Positions 1 to 14,439 are shown, counted from the stretch's first letter. The stretch is 64,000 nucleotides of DNA from the human T2T-CHM13v2.0 reference genome, Homo sapiens (GCF_009914755.1 NC_060925.1), one strand, 5' to 3'. Program-made: numbers and translations. Notes: generated from the letters alone by a model not told the origin.

Positions 1-35
1 ATCATTTTTTCTAGAAAGGTTATATACCTATGTAA

Positions 36-397
<362 letters not shown>

Positions 398-3300
398 AAT
401 TTGTATTTCTTTATTAGTGATATTCAACATGCTTTATGGTTATTTCCAATATGTATTTCTTTGTGTCTATTAGGTTGTTAATAAAGTTAAGACAAAATTA
501 CTCTGCTTTATGAAGAGAACTATGGGGTTAACATTAAAGTAGGATTAGGTCTTCTAATTCTTTTCCAGTTCTGTGGTTTTATTATTTTATATTTGGATTA
601 TCATTTTTAACTTATTTCTTTGTTGAGAATACTTTAAAAAAGCTTTTAGCAATGAGTGTCAGGAAACAGATTCCAGAACCTTATTATTATAGGAAATTAT
701 GTATCAGATGAAGAATACTACAGTTATCATTGTTACAAAAGAATGAAATATGAAAACCCTATACACAATTCTCTTTTCCATTGATTACACTCACAGATTA
801 CATAGTTTTAAATCTTTGTGAGATCTCAGGCCATTCCTAATGGGTCATTCTGATTTGTGATGTGTGTGTACACATGTGCTTACTTTTCATTATTTTGAGG
901 TGTTTTAATATTTTTAGGGATTTATAGTATCCAAAGTAGCATAAATAATATTTTTAGGAGACAATTTTAGCATAAGATTGAAGAAAGTATAAAAAATAAT
1001 AGGTTATTGAATTAGAACAGTGATTGAAGAATTTGAAAAATGTTCTATTTTCTGGTGTTAATAATATAGTTCTAATGGAAAAAAAATGCAGTTTTTTTTT
1101 GGCAAGATGGCGGACTGGAGGCATCGTTAGCATGCCTTTTCCACTTCGAAAGACAAAACTGTGTGTAAAGGTTCATGCTGTGAACTTTTTTCCAAGAAGC
1201 AACACCGGAACTTAACAGGAAAACTGAAAGAAACCACAGACCTTTTGAAAGACGCAGTGGACAGTAGCACCATGAACTGAATGGAAAACTGTCTTCAGAC
1301 GGTGACACACACTCCCGCAGGGGAGCGGGACAATCCAGGCCATAGGGGAAGGCCTTAACCCTACCCAGTCCTGGAGCTGATGAACTGAGCAATGGGAAGT
1401 CTATGAGAAGGAAAGGCATTCGGATGTGTCTTGCGTGCATTCCCAGACTCCAGTGGGATGGGAGCGAAGCCATTCCTGATCCTGTCTCACAGGGGACCTC
1501 ACGGAAGTCAGCCAGCTAACTCAGGCTCCGGTCACAGGTTGAGAGAAGCTCCCAACTGAGATTTGTGTAGGGATGAACCTCATTGGCTGTAACCGATGAG
1601 CAAACGAAAGGTGTGCTGTAGCCACAGGTGCAGGAGCTGGATGCCCCTGTGTCACAGGTGTTGGACCAGGAGAGTCATCGCCTGAAAGCCAAAGGGCATA
1701 TGGCCTGGGGGCAGTTTTGTGTTCTGAGCACAGGCTGCCTGGAATTCAGCTAGCCGCTGTTAGCAAAACACTGCGGGTGTGAGACCTGCCTTGCCACGTA
1801 CCTGGGAGCAGAGTGGGACTTAACTGCCGCCTGCTAATCCCCACTCCCAATGGGGATTCTTTTGTGCAGTAGAGGCAGCTGCACTCCTGCCTTAAACATT
1901 ACCCCGCCAGCAGCCAGGGAACTGCCCTCTGATCCCCACTGGGGCCACTGCTTGTGCCTGCACGTGGGGAGCCAGAGCATGGACTTGCCTGACCCAGCCC
2001 ACACCTGGTTTTGCTCCTCTATCTGCCCTTGTAGGGTAACACAATGGACAGGGACATTTGGGAGCTCCATGGCCCAGCCCATTGCCTGAAATACCAGAGT
2101 ACCACCCCAACATAAGGCAAGCAGAAAATCTGCTGTCACCACTACGGCTGATCCTCTTTTGCAAGTGCCACCTCCCGGCTGGAGGCCAACCAGCACAGTC
2201 CATTTCAACATCTGCAAGCACAAAAAGCACAGCACTTAGGAAGAAGAAAACATTTGCATGACCTCAGCTATCATCATTGCCTGAGTCATTCTGGCTAACC
2301 AGGAGATCTTGAGTCTCTTCACTTGCCCAATACCTTACTGTTACAGCTGGTATTTGACAAAGCCAACACACTAAGGCTCTTTCTAACCAAGGAAATCTCA
2401 GTATCTACATCTTCCCGCCCACCCCCATCAGAGCTGGTGTGGTACCCACTGCTGGGAGACTAGAGGACAGGTCACACCTCTGGATTCCTTGCAGATATTC
2501 CACAGCACCAATCTGGAGTGGGACAGCATCACTTGACCGAGAGTCATAGAAGGATTCACAGTAGTCTGGCCTTTAGGGACTGTTAATCTTAAGGGAAGGG
2601 GGAGTGTACCACATTAAGGGAGCACCCTGTGGGACAAAAGAAACCAGATTGCAGGCCTTGAGCCTCTGAACTTTACACTAGTGGAAAGTTTCAGCAGAGG
2701 CACAGATGCAGTGCTGGGCTCAGTGGGGAAAGTCTGCAGCTCTACCCCAACAGTCAGGAAGCCCTTGTGCTTGTGAAGGGTCTTGGAGAAGGGGGCTTGT
2801 TCTCCCCTTTGCCTACCACTGCAGAAACAGCTGGGGCTTCTCCCACAGGAGCTCAGCGTAGGTGCATCTGTGGACAGCCTTCCTGGAACACTTCAGGGTT
2901 ACTCTATCCTCAGAGGAGGAGCACTCTCCTCGTTCAGGCTTGTATGAGAGATAGAGTCACAACCCCTCTCTACATGGAACATCAGCATTCCTGCAGATGA
3001 AAAGAGGTGCCTGTCTGATCTCAATAGCCAGAATACTGGGTTAGGAGTGTTACTGGGAGGTGGGTCGCTTTCCTGCTGGCCTGGAAGGACGGCTGTGGTG
3101 CCTTCCTTCTTTCCCCTTGAAAGATGTCAGTGGATTTCACTGAGCACTTCCCCAGCCACCTCTGTCAAGGGTGGGACCTCTGCCCACCATTGGGATATTG
3201 CATTTATCACTGGCTTTAGCTACAGGCAGTTTTACCCATGGGCATGTCCTACTAGCCTGAAGCCTGAACTGTTCAACCCAGTGTATAAAATATTGGAGAA

Positions 3301-4747
3301 AAAAATTTAAAAAGTGCACATCACTGGGGACTGAAATAGGCTTCATGAGACCTCTGCTATTCTGGCCCCACAGGAGTCAGTGAATCTGCTCATATACCCG
3401 GCACATTGCTACTACAACCACCATCTGAGAAAGCCAGCATCTTGCACAAAGATTCTCTGTAACCAAGGAATTCACACAGTCTTTGCCACTGAAAGCCCCC
3501 AGAGCTGAAGCTAGATGACAATAAAGTCACATCCTCAAGGGGGAAATAAAACCCAGTTGAATAAAAAATAAATACGAAAATAATTAGTAAAAATAGTTTA
3601 CCCAGATGAGAAAGAACCTGAAAAATAATTCTGGCAATATGAAAAAATAGGGTTCTATAACACCCCTAAAAGATCACAGTAACTTTCCAGCAGTGGATCC
3701 AAATCAAAATGAGATGTTCGAAATACCAGGCAAAGAATTCAAAAAGTTGATTATTAAGTTACTCAAGGAGATACAAGAGAGAGATGCAAACCAACATAAG
3801 TTTTAAAAACTATTCTGGATATGGATGAAAAATGTTCTAAAGAGATGGATATTTTAATGAAAAATCAATCAGAACTTCTGGAAAAGAAAGACACATTTAG
3901 GGAACTACAAAATGCTATGGAAAGTTTTAACAATAGACTAGATCAAGTAGAGGAAAGAATTACAGAGCTTGAAGCAAGGCTTTCAAATTAACCCAGTCAG
4001 ACAAAAATAAAGGACAAAGAATCAAAAGGAATGAACAAAGTCTCCAAGAAGTATGGGATTATATAAATTGGCCAAACCTAAGAATTATAGTTATTTCTGA
4101 AGGAGAAGAAAAAACAAAGTTTGGAAAACCTATTTGAGGGAATAATTGAGGAAAACTTCTCCAGCTTTATTAGATATTTAGAAATCTAAATACAAGAAGC
4201 CCAAAGAACTCCTGGGAGACTTATTACAAGAAGAATATCATCAAGGCATATAGTCATTAGGCTACCTAAAGTCAATGTGAAAAAAAGAATTCTAATAATG
4301 GTAAGACAAAAGCATCAGGTAACCTACAATGGAAACCGTATTAGATGAACAGCAGAGTTCTCAGCAGAAACCTTATAGGCCAGAAGGGATTGGGTTCCTA
4401 TCTTTAGTCTCCTTAAAAAGAATAACTGACAGCCAAGAATTTTGTATTGAGCAAAACTAGTTTTTATAAATGAAGGAGAAAGTCTTTCTCAGACACACAA
4501 ATGCTGAAGGAATTTGTCAATACTAGACCAGCCATACAAGAAATTCTAAAAGGAATTCTAAATCTTGAAACAAAAGGTTGATATGCATGAGAATGGAAAC
4601 CCCTGAAAGCATAAAGTTCACAAGGTTTATAAAACAATAACAAAATGAAGAGAACAAAGTCACTAGGTAACAACATGATGACTGGAACAGTACCTCACAT
4701 CTCAATATTTATATTGAATGTAAATGGTTTAAATGCTCCACATAAAA

Positions 4748-4973
4748 CAAGCTTGTCCAATCCACATCCCATGCACTACATGTTGCCTAGGATATCTTTG
4801 AATGCAGCCCAACACAAATTCTTAAACTTTCTTAAAACATTATAAGATATTTTTGCATTTTTATTTTATTTATTTTTATTTTGCTCATCAGCTGTCATTA
4901 GTTTATGTGTGGCCCAAGACAATTCTTCTTCTTCTGTTGTGGCCTAAGTAAGCCAAAAGATTGGACACCTCTT
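4748..4973 (-). mobile_element. MER30 (hAT-Charlie non-autonomous) inserted in L1 ORF2
   Basis: Ends CAAGCTTGTCCAA...TTGGACACCTCT. Internal GGCCCAAGACAATTCTTCTTCTTC and GCCAAAAGATTGGACA match the MER30 reverse complement. Confidence 0.88.
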
Positions 4974-7900
4974 AACTAAAAGATACAGATTGGCAGAATG
5001 GATAAAATATCAAAAGCCAAATAAGTATTGATTTCAGGAGACACACCTAACACGTGAGGATTCTTATGGACTTAAGGTAAAGGAGTGGAAAAAGATATTT
5101 CATGCAAATGGAAACTAAAAGCGAGCAGGAATAGTTATTCTTATATCAGATAAAACTGTCTTTAAAGCAGTAACAGTAAAAAAATAAAAAAAAACATCAT
5201 TATAGGATGACAGAAGGGATCAATTCAACAAGAAGATATAACAATCCTAAACATGTATGTGCCCAACTCTGGAGTACCCAGATTCATAAAGCAATACCAC
5301 TAGATTAAAGAAAAGAGATAGCAACACAACAGTAGTTGTGACTTTAACACTCCACTGACAGTGCTAGACAGATCACTGAAGCAGAAATTTAACAAAGAAA
5401 CACTGGACTTCAACTGCGCTCTAGAACAAATGAACCTGCACCGTAAACAAATGAACCTAATAGATATTCACGGAACATTCTACCCAAAAACTGCAGAATA
5501 TACATTTTTCTCATCAGCACAAGGTATAACACATTCTCCAAGATAGACCATATGATAGGCCACAAAATGAGTCTCAATAAATTTATAAAAATAGAAATCA
5601 CATCAATTATATTCTCAGACCACAGCAAAATAAAACTAGAAATCAATTCCAGAGGGAACCATCAAAACTGTATAAATACATGGAAATTAAACAATCTGCT
5701 TCTGAATGATTTTTGGGTTAACCATGAGATCAAGATGGAAATTTAAAAATTTTTCAAAATGAATGATAACAGTGGCACAAGTTATCAAAATCTCTAGGAT
5801 ACAGCAAAGACAGTGTTAAGAGGAAAGTTTATAGCGCTAAATATCTATATCAAAAAGTCTGAAAGATCACAAATTGGCAACCCAATGTCACACCTTCTTC
5901 TTAGAGAGACAAGAACAAACCAAACCCAAGCTAGCAGAGGAAAAGAAGTAACGAAGATCAGGGCAGAACTAAATGAAATTAGAACAAACAAACAAGCAGA
6001 AGTACAAAAGATCAGTGAAACAAAAACTGGTTATTTGAAAAGATAAACAAAATCGATAGGCCACTAGCTAGATTAACCAAGAAAAGAAGAGAGAAGATCC
6101 AAATAAGCTCAATTAAAAGTGAAACTGGAGACAATTACAATCAATATCACAGAAATACAAAAGATCATTTGACATTACTATGAACACCTTTATATGCACA
6201 AACTAGAAAACATAGAGGAAATTGATAATTATCAATTTCCTCGAAAACGACAACCCTTCTAGATTGAATCAGGAAGAAATAGAAATTCTGAACAGACCAA
6301 TCACAAGCAGTGAGATTGAATCAGTCATTAAGAAACCAAAAACAACTGCCAAGAAAAATAAGCCCAGGGCCACATAGATTCACAGCCAAATTCTACCAGA
6401 CATTCAAGGAAGAATTAGTACAAGTGTACTGAAACTATTTCTAAAGATTGAGAAGGAGAGAATCCTCCTGAACTCATTTTATGAAGCTAGTGTCACCCTG
6501 ATATCAAAGCCAGGAAAGGACATAACTGAAAAAGTAAACTGCGGACAAGTATCTGTAAAACACAGATGCAAAAATCCTCAACAGAGTGTTAGCAAACCAA
6601 ACTCAACAGCACGTCAAAAGAAATAAAAATTCACCATGATCAAGTGGGTTGCAGGGATGGTTCAACACGTGCAAGTCAATAAATGTGATTGATCACATGA
6701 ACAGAATTGAAAACAAAACCATATAATCATCTCAGTAGATGCAGAAAAAGCATTTGATAAAAGCCAGCATCTCCTTATGATAAAAACCCTCAACTAGGCA
6801 TAAAGAAACATACCTCAAAATAATAAAAACCATATATGACAAACCCACAGCCAACATCATATTGAATGGGACAGAGTTAAAAGCATTCCCCCTAAGAACT
6901 GGAACAAGATAGGAATGCCTACTTTCACCATTTCTATTCAACATAGTACTTGAAGACTTAGCCCGAGCTATCAGGCAAGAGACGGAAATAAAGGACATCC
7001 AAATTGGAAAAGAGGAAGCCAAACTATCTCTGTATGCTGATTATATGATCTTATACCTAGAAAACCCTTAAGACTCCTCCAAAACACTCCTAGATCTAAT
7101 AAATGAATTAAGTATCAGGTTACAAAATCAATGTACAGAAATCAGTAACACTGCTATACACCAACAATGAACAGGTTAATAATCAAATCAAGAACACAAT
7201 CCGTTTTTACAATAGCTATAAAAAAAAAAAAAAAAGCCCCAAGCCTAGGAATATACTTAACCAAGTAGGTGAAAGATCTCTACAAGGAGAACTGCAAAAC
7301 ACTGCTGAAATAAATAAAACAAATGGAAATACATCCCATGCTCAGGGATTGAAAGAATCAATATTGTGAAAATGACCATACTGCCTAAAGCAATCCTATG
7401 AAATTCCTATGAAAATACCAATATCATTTTCACAGAATTAGGAAAAACAATCCTCAAATTTATATGGAACCAAAAAGCCCAAATTGCTAAAACAATCCTA
7501 AGCAAAAAGCATAAGTCTGGAAGCATTACATTACCTGACTTCAAATCATACTACAAGGCTGTAGTAATCCAAACTGCATGGTACTGGTATAAAAGTAGAT
7601 GCAAAGACTAATGGAACAGAATAGAGAACCTCTAAATAAAGACAGACACTTAAAACTAACTGATCTTCGACAAAGAATACAAAAACATAAATTGGGAAAT
7701 AGACACCCTATTTGATAAATGGCGCTGGGAAAATTGGATAGCCACATGTAGAAGAATGAAACTGGATCCCTTTCTCTCACTATATTACAAAAGTTAACTC
7801 AAAATGGATTAAAGATTTAAATCCAAGACCTGAAACTATAAAAATTCTAGAAGAAAACCTAAGAAAAACTCTTCTGGACATTGATCTAGGTAAAGAATTT

Positions 7901-8576
7901 ATGATAAAGACTCCAAAAACAAATGCAACAAAACCAAAAATAAATAAATGGGACCAAATTAAATTAAAAAGCTTCTACACAGCAAAATAAATAATCATCA
8001 GAATAGACAACCTGTAGAATGGGAGAAAATATTTGCAAATTATGAACCCAACAAAGGACTGATATGCGGAATATACAAATAAATCAGCAAGAAAAAAATC
8101 CAATTAAAAGATTGGCAAAAAAAAAAAGCATGAATAGACATTTCTCAAAAGAAGATATACAAGTGGCCAACAAATATGAAAAAAATGCTCAACATCACTT
8201 ATCATCAGGAAAATACAAATTAAAACCACAATGAGATACCACCTTACCCCAGCCAGAATGGCCCTTATTTAAAAAGTCAAAAAGCCATAGATTCTGGCAT
8301 GGATATGGTGAAAAAGGAACACTTACACACTGCTGGTGGGAATGTAAAGTAGCACCACCTCTGTGGAAAACAATATGGAAATATTTCAAAGAACTCAAAG
8401 TTAATCCACTATTTGATCTAGTAATTCCACTGATGGGTGTCTACCCAAAGAAAAAGAAGTCACTGTATCAAAGAAACGCTTGCACGTGTATGTTTATTAC
8501 AGCACAATTTATAATTGCAAAGAAATGGAATCAACCTAAGTACCCCTCAACTGATGAATGGATAAAGAAAATATTG

Positions 8577-8736
8577 GTGTGTGTGTGTATATATGTTTTA
8601 TATATATCTATTAAATTTATGTATATTTTACATAAAAATGTTTATAATTTTCTATTTTTATATATAATTAATATATTAAAATATGTGTATATATATGTGT
8701 GTATGTTTGTGTGTGTATATATATATGTGTGTGTGT
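8577..8736. repeat. (TG)n/(TA)n low-complexity expansion inside the L1 3' region
   Basis: Alternating TG/TA runs and AT-only sequence. Confidence 0.85.
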
Positions 8737-9104
8737 AGAATACTACTAAGCTGTAAAACGAATGAAATAATGTCTTCTGCAACAACTTGGATGGAATTGG
8801 AGGGCATTATTCTAAATGAAGTAAATGAGGAATCAAAAACCAAATACTGCATGTTCTTACTTATAATTGGGAGCTAAACTATGGGTACATAAAGGCATAC
8901 AGTGTGAGTTAATGGACATTGGAGACTCAGAATGGGGAAGGGTGGGAGGGATGTGAGGGATGAAAAACTACTTTTTGGGTACAGTATATACTATTCCGGT
9001 GACAGGTGCATTAAAATCCTAGACTTCACCACTGTACACACATTTTAAAACATCATTATTGTATAAAATAAGTATATAGAATTTTTATTTGTCGATTAAA
9101 ATAA

Positions 9105-9790
9105 GTTGAAGCAATTCAGGGTTTATATTTTTGGCAGGAATATCACAGAGGTGATGTTTTCTGCTAAGTGCATTGTATTTGGAGGCACATATCTGCATGT
9201 CCCATTACTGGTGATGTTAACTTTTGATTATTTGGCTAATGTGATGACTGCCAGGCTCTCTACTATGAAATCACTCTTTTTCCCTTTGTAATTAATATGT
9301 GCTTTTTTGGGGCGGGGGGTGGGGTGGGAAATACTATGAGACACTGTAAACTTTGCTGCACTAATCATCCATTGATGATTCTTGCCTGAATCAGTTATTT
9401 CTGTGATGACTGGCAAATATTGATTTTTAAATCCCATTGTTCTTGCTTTATTAGGTGGCATTCTTTTGTAAGAAGTAGGTTCCCCCTTTTCACTATTTAT
9501 TAATTTATATTGTTATTAACTCATAGGTTCTTACTTTATTCAATGGATTATAATTTGTTACTCTCAAATTGTACCAAATGTGGCCGATGGGAACCCATTC
9601 AAGCTGGCTTTTATGTCTTTTTGACATGTCCACATTGTTCTTTGAATACTACCTTGTCTTTGGCACAACAAAATGTTTCAGACTCAGCTTGTTCTTTCTC
9701 AGCCTGAGTCCTAGAACCAATCATCTCTCCAAAAAGCCCTAATTCCTTTAAATGGAGAAGGGCTTTAAACACCAAGATTGGTATTAGGTT
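9105..9790 (-). mobile_element. Old L1M (L1MC-like) 3' fragment
   Basis: TTTTTGGCAGGAATATCACAGAGGTGATG...CCCATTACTGGTGATGTTAACTTT resembles the L1MC 3' end in antisense. Confidence 0.6.
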
Positions 9791-11869
9791 AGTTTAATGT
9801 GTTTAACTATAAATGTTGAGACTGGGATACTAGAAACATTCATGGTTCTTTTCAAAGATCTGATAGTTATCCTAGTAGTTCTTAAAAACTCATTCATCAT
9901 AACACAGAAATGTTAAGAATGAACTATCAACTCTAAGCACTTATTTTTTTGCATTGTCTGATATCGACATGTCACTTGCTTGATTATGGGAAGTACTGGA
10001 TGACTCAGTTAAATGGAGGCAGGTGAGTGAGGTCAGGAATATTCCTGCTGAATGGTGACTTGGGGCCAAGAAAAATATTAGTTCTGGATTTGAGTGTTCA
10101 GACTCTGCCAAGTATCAGTCACCATCAAGTTTCCATGATACCCTTTCATTTTTTAGGTATCACATGTACATACAGCTCAGTCAATAATTTTCCTTTGGAT
10201 GGGAGTAGTGTTGCTACTTAAATATGATTGATCCTCTTTTTTTGTTATTTATGAGCTGTAGTTGTAATCAATGAAATGTCTTATTAATATTCTCAGAATA
10301 TTTAAATGGTACATGTAACTAGAAGGAATATTGAGTTTTTGAATAACCTTGAAGATTGAAAAGACACTTTATTTCAGGAAAAGGAAACTATTAATAAGCT
10401 TGGACGAATATGCTTCAACTCTAGAATTCTGAAAAAAATCAGAAAACTAAAAACTTCTGAAGCTCTATTTGAAATCTCTCTTCAAATTGGTAAGCACATA
10501 TTTTGATATTTAAGATTTCATACTGTGTCAATAATTCATTTTAGGGAAACTTTGATAGCATCATGGAATTATTACTTGGAAGCATAAAGAGGAAGTCTAT
10601 TTAAATAATCTTTGGAAACATAAAGAGGAAGTCCGTTTGAACAACTAGAATCTATGGATATTCTTGGTTAAATTGGATTTACGTTACATTTTAAATTAAA
10701 AGTTGAGTTTGAAAGATTATGAGATTGACCAGTCTTTAAATCTTTCTTCATTAAGTATATATAGAATGAAGTATTTTTCTTTGGTTTAACATTCTTTAAT
10801 ATAATTAATTTTTTTTCTGCCTAAAGACCAATTATAAAGTTTTTTTGACAAAAATTATGATCACAGGTAAAATGCACCAATGATTTTTCTTAAAAACATA
10901 TTTTTAAGCCTCATTAAAAAAACTTTTATATTACACGTTTTAAAACTATATAATTGGCCAAGAATCAGATTAATGTTTTGAAATGTATATTGGTTTATTT
11001 TAGGTCAATTTCTGCAAAATAAATTTTCAAAGATTAAATGCACTGAAGATGTCTACAGATGTAGATTAAAGCTTCTTATTTTGATTAAGATTTTAGCTAA
11101 GGTAAATATGTTAGCTGTAGTTTTTCAATTCAAATGATATTTAGGGAAAAGTGTATACTTAGCATGATTTAATTTGCTGATAATTATCTTAGGATTTTAG
11201 CTTTAGAAAAATTAACTTATTAAATATGGGAACTAGGAAAGGCATTATTTTCATTTAGGGAACTGTGTTATAATGTTATTTCAGTTTTTAAATGAAGATA
11301 GTTATCTAGTATAATGTTATCTAGTATAGTGTCGTTGAGAACTGTATCATTTGTAATATATACAGTATATTGTACTTTGTTTAATAGTTTTCTTATCAGG
11401 GTCATATGAATTATGAAAATTCAGTCCACTGGCAAGCAGATCTGATGTCTTAAAACTAAATGGTTCTGTCATTTAATTAGCGCTTGTGTCTGATATTCAG
11501 ATTCCTAATTTTGTTCTTTTATTTTCCATAAAATATGTGACCATATGCAATAATAGGGTAAGAAGATTGTTTTACTTTAATGTGTATTAGGTTTCTGGAT
11601 ATATGTGAAAATATTTGTAGTACTTAAAAGATTTGGAGTTACCATAATATGCTTAAGAGAACTTTTTTCAATCACATTAAAAAGCTTTAGGTGATAAACA
11701 ACTAATTGGTTTGAGATTTTCAAGACAATATATTGAACTCCCCTTCCCCCAAAGAAATTTGAATATTATAAAACTGTTCTGTATGGTTTTTCTCCTAATA
11801 ATTTACAGTTAGGTTTTTCTGTGTGAATCTCATTCTGTACTTTGTCCTTCCTGACACCTGCCCTGTTTT

Positions 11870-12760
11870 TATTTCCCCTCTATTACCTACTTTTGACGGT
11901 GGTACCACCACGTGCTGTTTCCCCCAAGCTAAAATCGTGGAATCATTTTTAACTTCCATTTTCCATCACCCACCATATCTAATCAGTCACAAGTCCTAAA
12001 AGTCAAAACAAGCAATGCTAACATCGATCCTCTATTCTCCATTTCCTTTCATGTTTTATTCATTCAGCGATGTTTATCGAGTGTCCATTATATGCCAGGT
12101 ACTTGCTGATGAATACAGCAGGGAACAAAATGACAGTCTCGCCCTCTGCTACTTATAGCAGAGGAGATAAACACAATAAAAAAGTAAATAATAAGACAAT
12201 TACAAATTGTTATAATTGCTGTGCAGAAACTAAAGAGTGAAGATAAGAATCAAGCGGGGGGTGGGGGTGGATGGGGGCCGCACACTACTTTGGCGAGGGC
12301 AGTTAGGGTAGAGCTGATTTTGAACCAGCCATTCGGGAATTCTGGGCCTAGAGGATAGCAAATACAAAGGCCTGATGCCAGACAGGATTTCACAGGTTTC
12401 AAGAACAGAAAGGAGTTCAGTGCTGATGGAAGGCATTCATTGAGAGAGACTGGGCTGGAAATGTGGGAGAGGCAGGCAGGAGATTACTTACAGAATTCTA
12501 CTGTGTTTCAGAAAGGAGTTTGAATTTTTATTCTAAGAACAATGAGAGCGTTATAATTTGATTTATGTTTTCAAAATATCACTTTGGAGAGAATGGTAGA
12601 AAAAGAGAGATCAATTAGTAGGCTATTATGGTAGTCCCAGGTGGAGACATGATGATAACTTGTAGGGTAGTAGTAGTGGTAATGGAGGAACATGAACAAA
12701 TTTCAGATATATTTTGGAAGTAGAACAAATGATGCATACTGATGTGTTGGATGTAGGGAG
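11870..12760. mobile_element. L2 relics
   Basis: CATTCAGCGATGTTTATCGAGTGTCCATTATATGCCAGG L2 3'-end-like motif, followed by purine-rich L2-like body. Confidence 0.55.
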
Positions 12761-12894
12761 CAAGTTTCATTTTAAAATGTCCTTGATGAAGTGGTAAAAG
12801 AGTATTATTCTTATCAAATGTCAACTTTTGAGTATATGTCTTTTAATATGATGTGTGAAATGGGAAGTATGCTTAAAGTTCTACTGCAGCAAAT

Positions 12895-14215
12895 CAAAGT
12901 TGTCTCAAGGAAAAGCATTTCTGCAGTTGTGCAGCAAGGTGAGTAGCTACCGTTTTCATGGAACACCATGTTTACTTGAAAGCAAGACAATATTCAGACA
13001 GGCATTTCATAGATATTTTTAGGAAAACAAACTGCCTATCCTTTAAAGGAAAACAACTGACATTACTTGTTGTTAATGATATTTGAACTTTTAAAGTAAA
13101 AATTAGAGTTTTGGGAAACCTGTATTCATCAGTATGACCTTGACATCTTCTTGGTATTTAAAGACTTTTTGGATGAGATTAGTGGTGATGTTGATTAATG
13201 TGATTTTTTTTAATGGTATAATGAAATAGCCAACATTTAGAAGATCTAAATAACTCAGTGGACTAAAAATTTTCAGATGACCAATGTAAAAATCTTGTAG
13301 AATAAAGATCTTTGCAAAGGGCAAGATAGACCATTGGATTTTAAGAGTATGAAGGCTCATTGAAATAATTTGAGTCTGCACACTGCAGTTTGGGAACCTG
13401 CCACCTGTCAAATTTGGTATAGTATGAAAGAAGAATACAATGATATGAAATGGTTATTGAAATACTTCTCTTTTTTTCACCTATACATTTGTGGAAGGAC
13501 AGATTTTTTAATATATAGCCATGTGCCACATAATGATGCTTTATGGACTGCATATAAAACTTATGGTTTCTTAAGATTATAATGAAGATGAAAAATTCCT
13601 ATTGCCTAGTGATATCATAGGTATTATAATGTTTGTAGTGCAATGCATTACCTTTTCCATGTTTAGATACAAAAATACTTACCACTGTGTTCGAGTTGTC
13701 CATAGTATTCAGTATAATAACATGCTATACAGGTTTGTAGCCTAAGAGCAATAGGTTATACCATATAGTGTAGGTGTGTAGTAGGCTATACCATTTAGGT
13801 TTGTGGAAGTACACTCCATGATGTTCATACAATGACAAAATCAACTAAGAATATATTTCTCAGCACATGTCCTCTTCGTTGAGCAACATACGTCTGTACT
13901 TCAACCGAAACAATGTGTCTCAACAGATTGAATGCAGAAACGTTTTCTATGAGGATAGACATTAAGTTTGCAAAATGTAAAACAATGCTTCCTTTCTAAC
14001 TAATTTTTGGAAAATGTAGCTATTTATTTTATATATATATATAAAATGGGCTTATGTTATTGGTAAATAAATTAGTATGTATTTTTAAAATTTCTGAGTT
14101 TTAATTTCCAAAATGGAGATGGAGAATATATGTGGATATAACCCACACAAACAAAAGGCCTTTTAGAGACCTCAGGTAAAGAAATGTGGAGACCTAAAAG
14201 TTTGAGAATTGTGGA
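12895..14215. mobile_element. Charlie1-type hAT DNA transposon fossil, interrupted by Tigger3
   Basis: TTTTCATGGAACACCATGTTTACTTGAAAG...ATAACCCACACAAACAAAAGGCC...AAAAGTTTGAGAATTGTG, typical of Charlie1a. Confidence 0.7.
13516..13896 (-). mobile_element. Tigger3-family element nested in Charlie1
   Basis: TA-flanked. AGCCATGTGCCACATAATG...AGGTTTGTAGCCTAAGAGCAATAGG...GTCTG|TA; homologous (inverted) to 29137-29475. Confidence 0.8.
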
Positions 14216-14439
14216 ACTGGGTCAATTAAGTAGATGGTGATACATGTAGAAATAAAAAAAAGATTGGAGGAAAAGTAAGTTTTGTAGTGCATGAGAGGTG
14301 GAATGCTTTATTCTGGTGGAAACACCAAGTGGACAGTTGGATGTAGGCGTTTATAGTTCAGAGCTCAGGATAGATACCTGCAGTGAAGATACAAATTTCA
14401 GAGTAATCATATAACAGTAGTAGTCAAGGTCATGATCCT

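Larger units (their letters stand above)
1101..9040 (+). mobile_element. Near-full-length degenerate LINE-1, L1PB-type (long 5'UTR, ORF1 from ~3606, ORF2 ~4675-8877, 3'UTR)
   Basis: Starts GGCAAGATGGCGG. ORF2 fragments [32 protein letters not shown]. 3'UTR of L1PB type. Many stops and frameshifts; no polyA tail or TSD recognised. Confidence 0.9.

Noticed and set aside
1072-3346. Cluster of 67-133-aa ORFs on both strands
   Set aside because: They fall in the GC-richer L1 5'UTR, where stops are rarer; no recognisable domain or splice structure.
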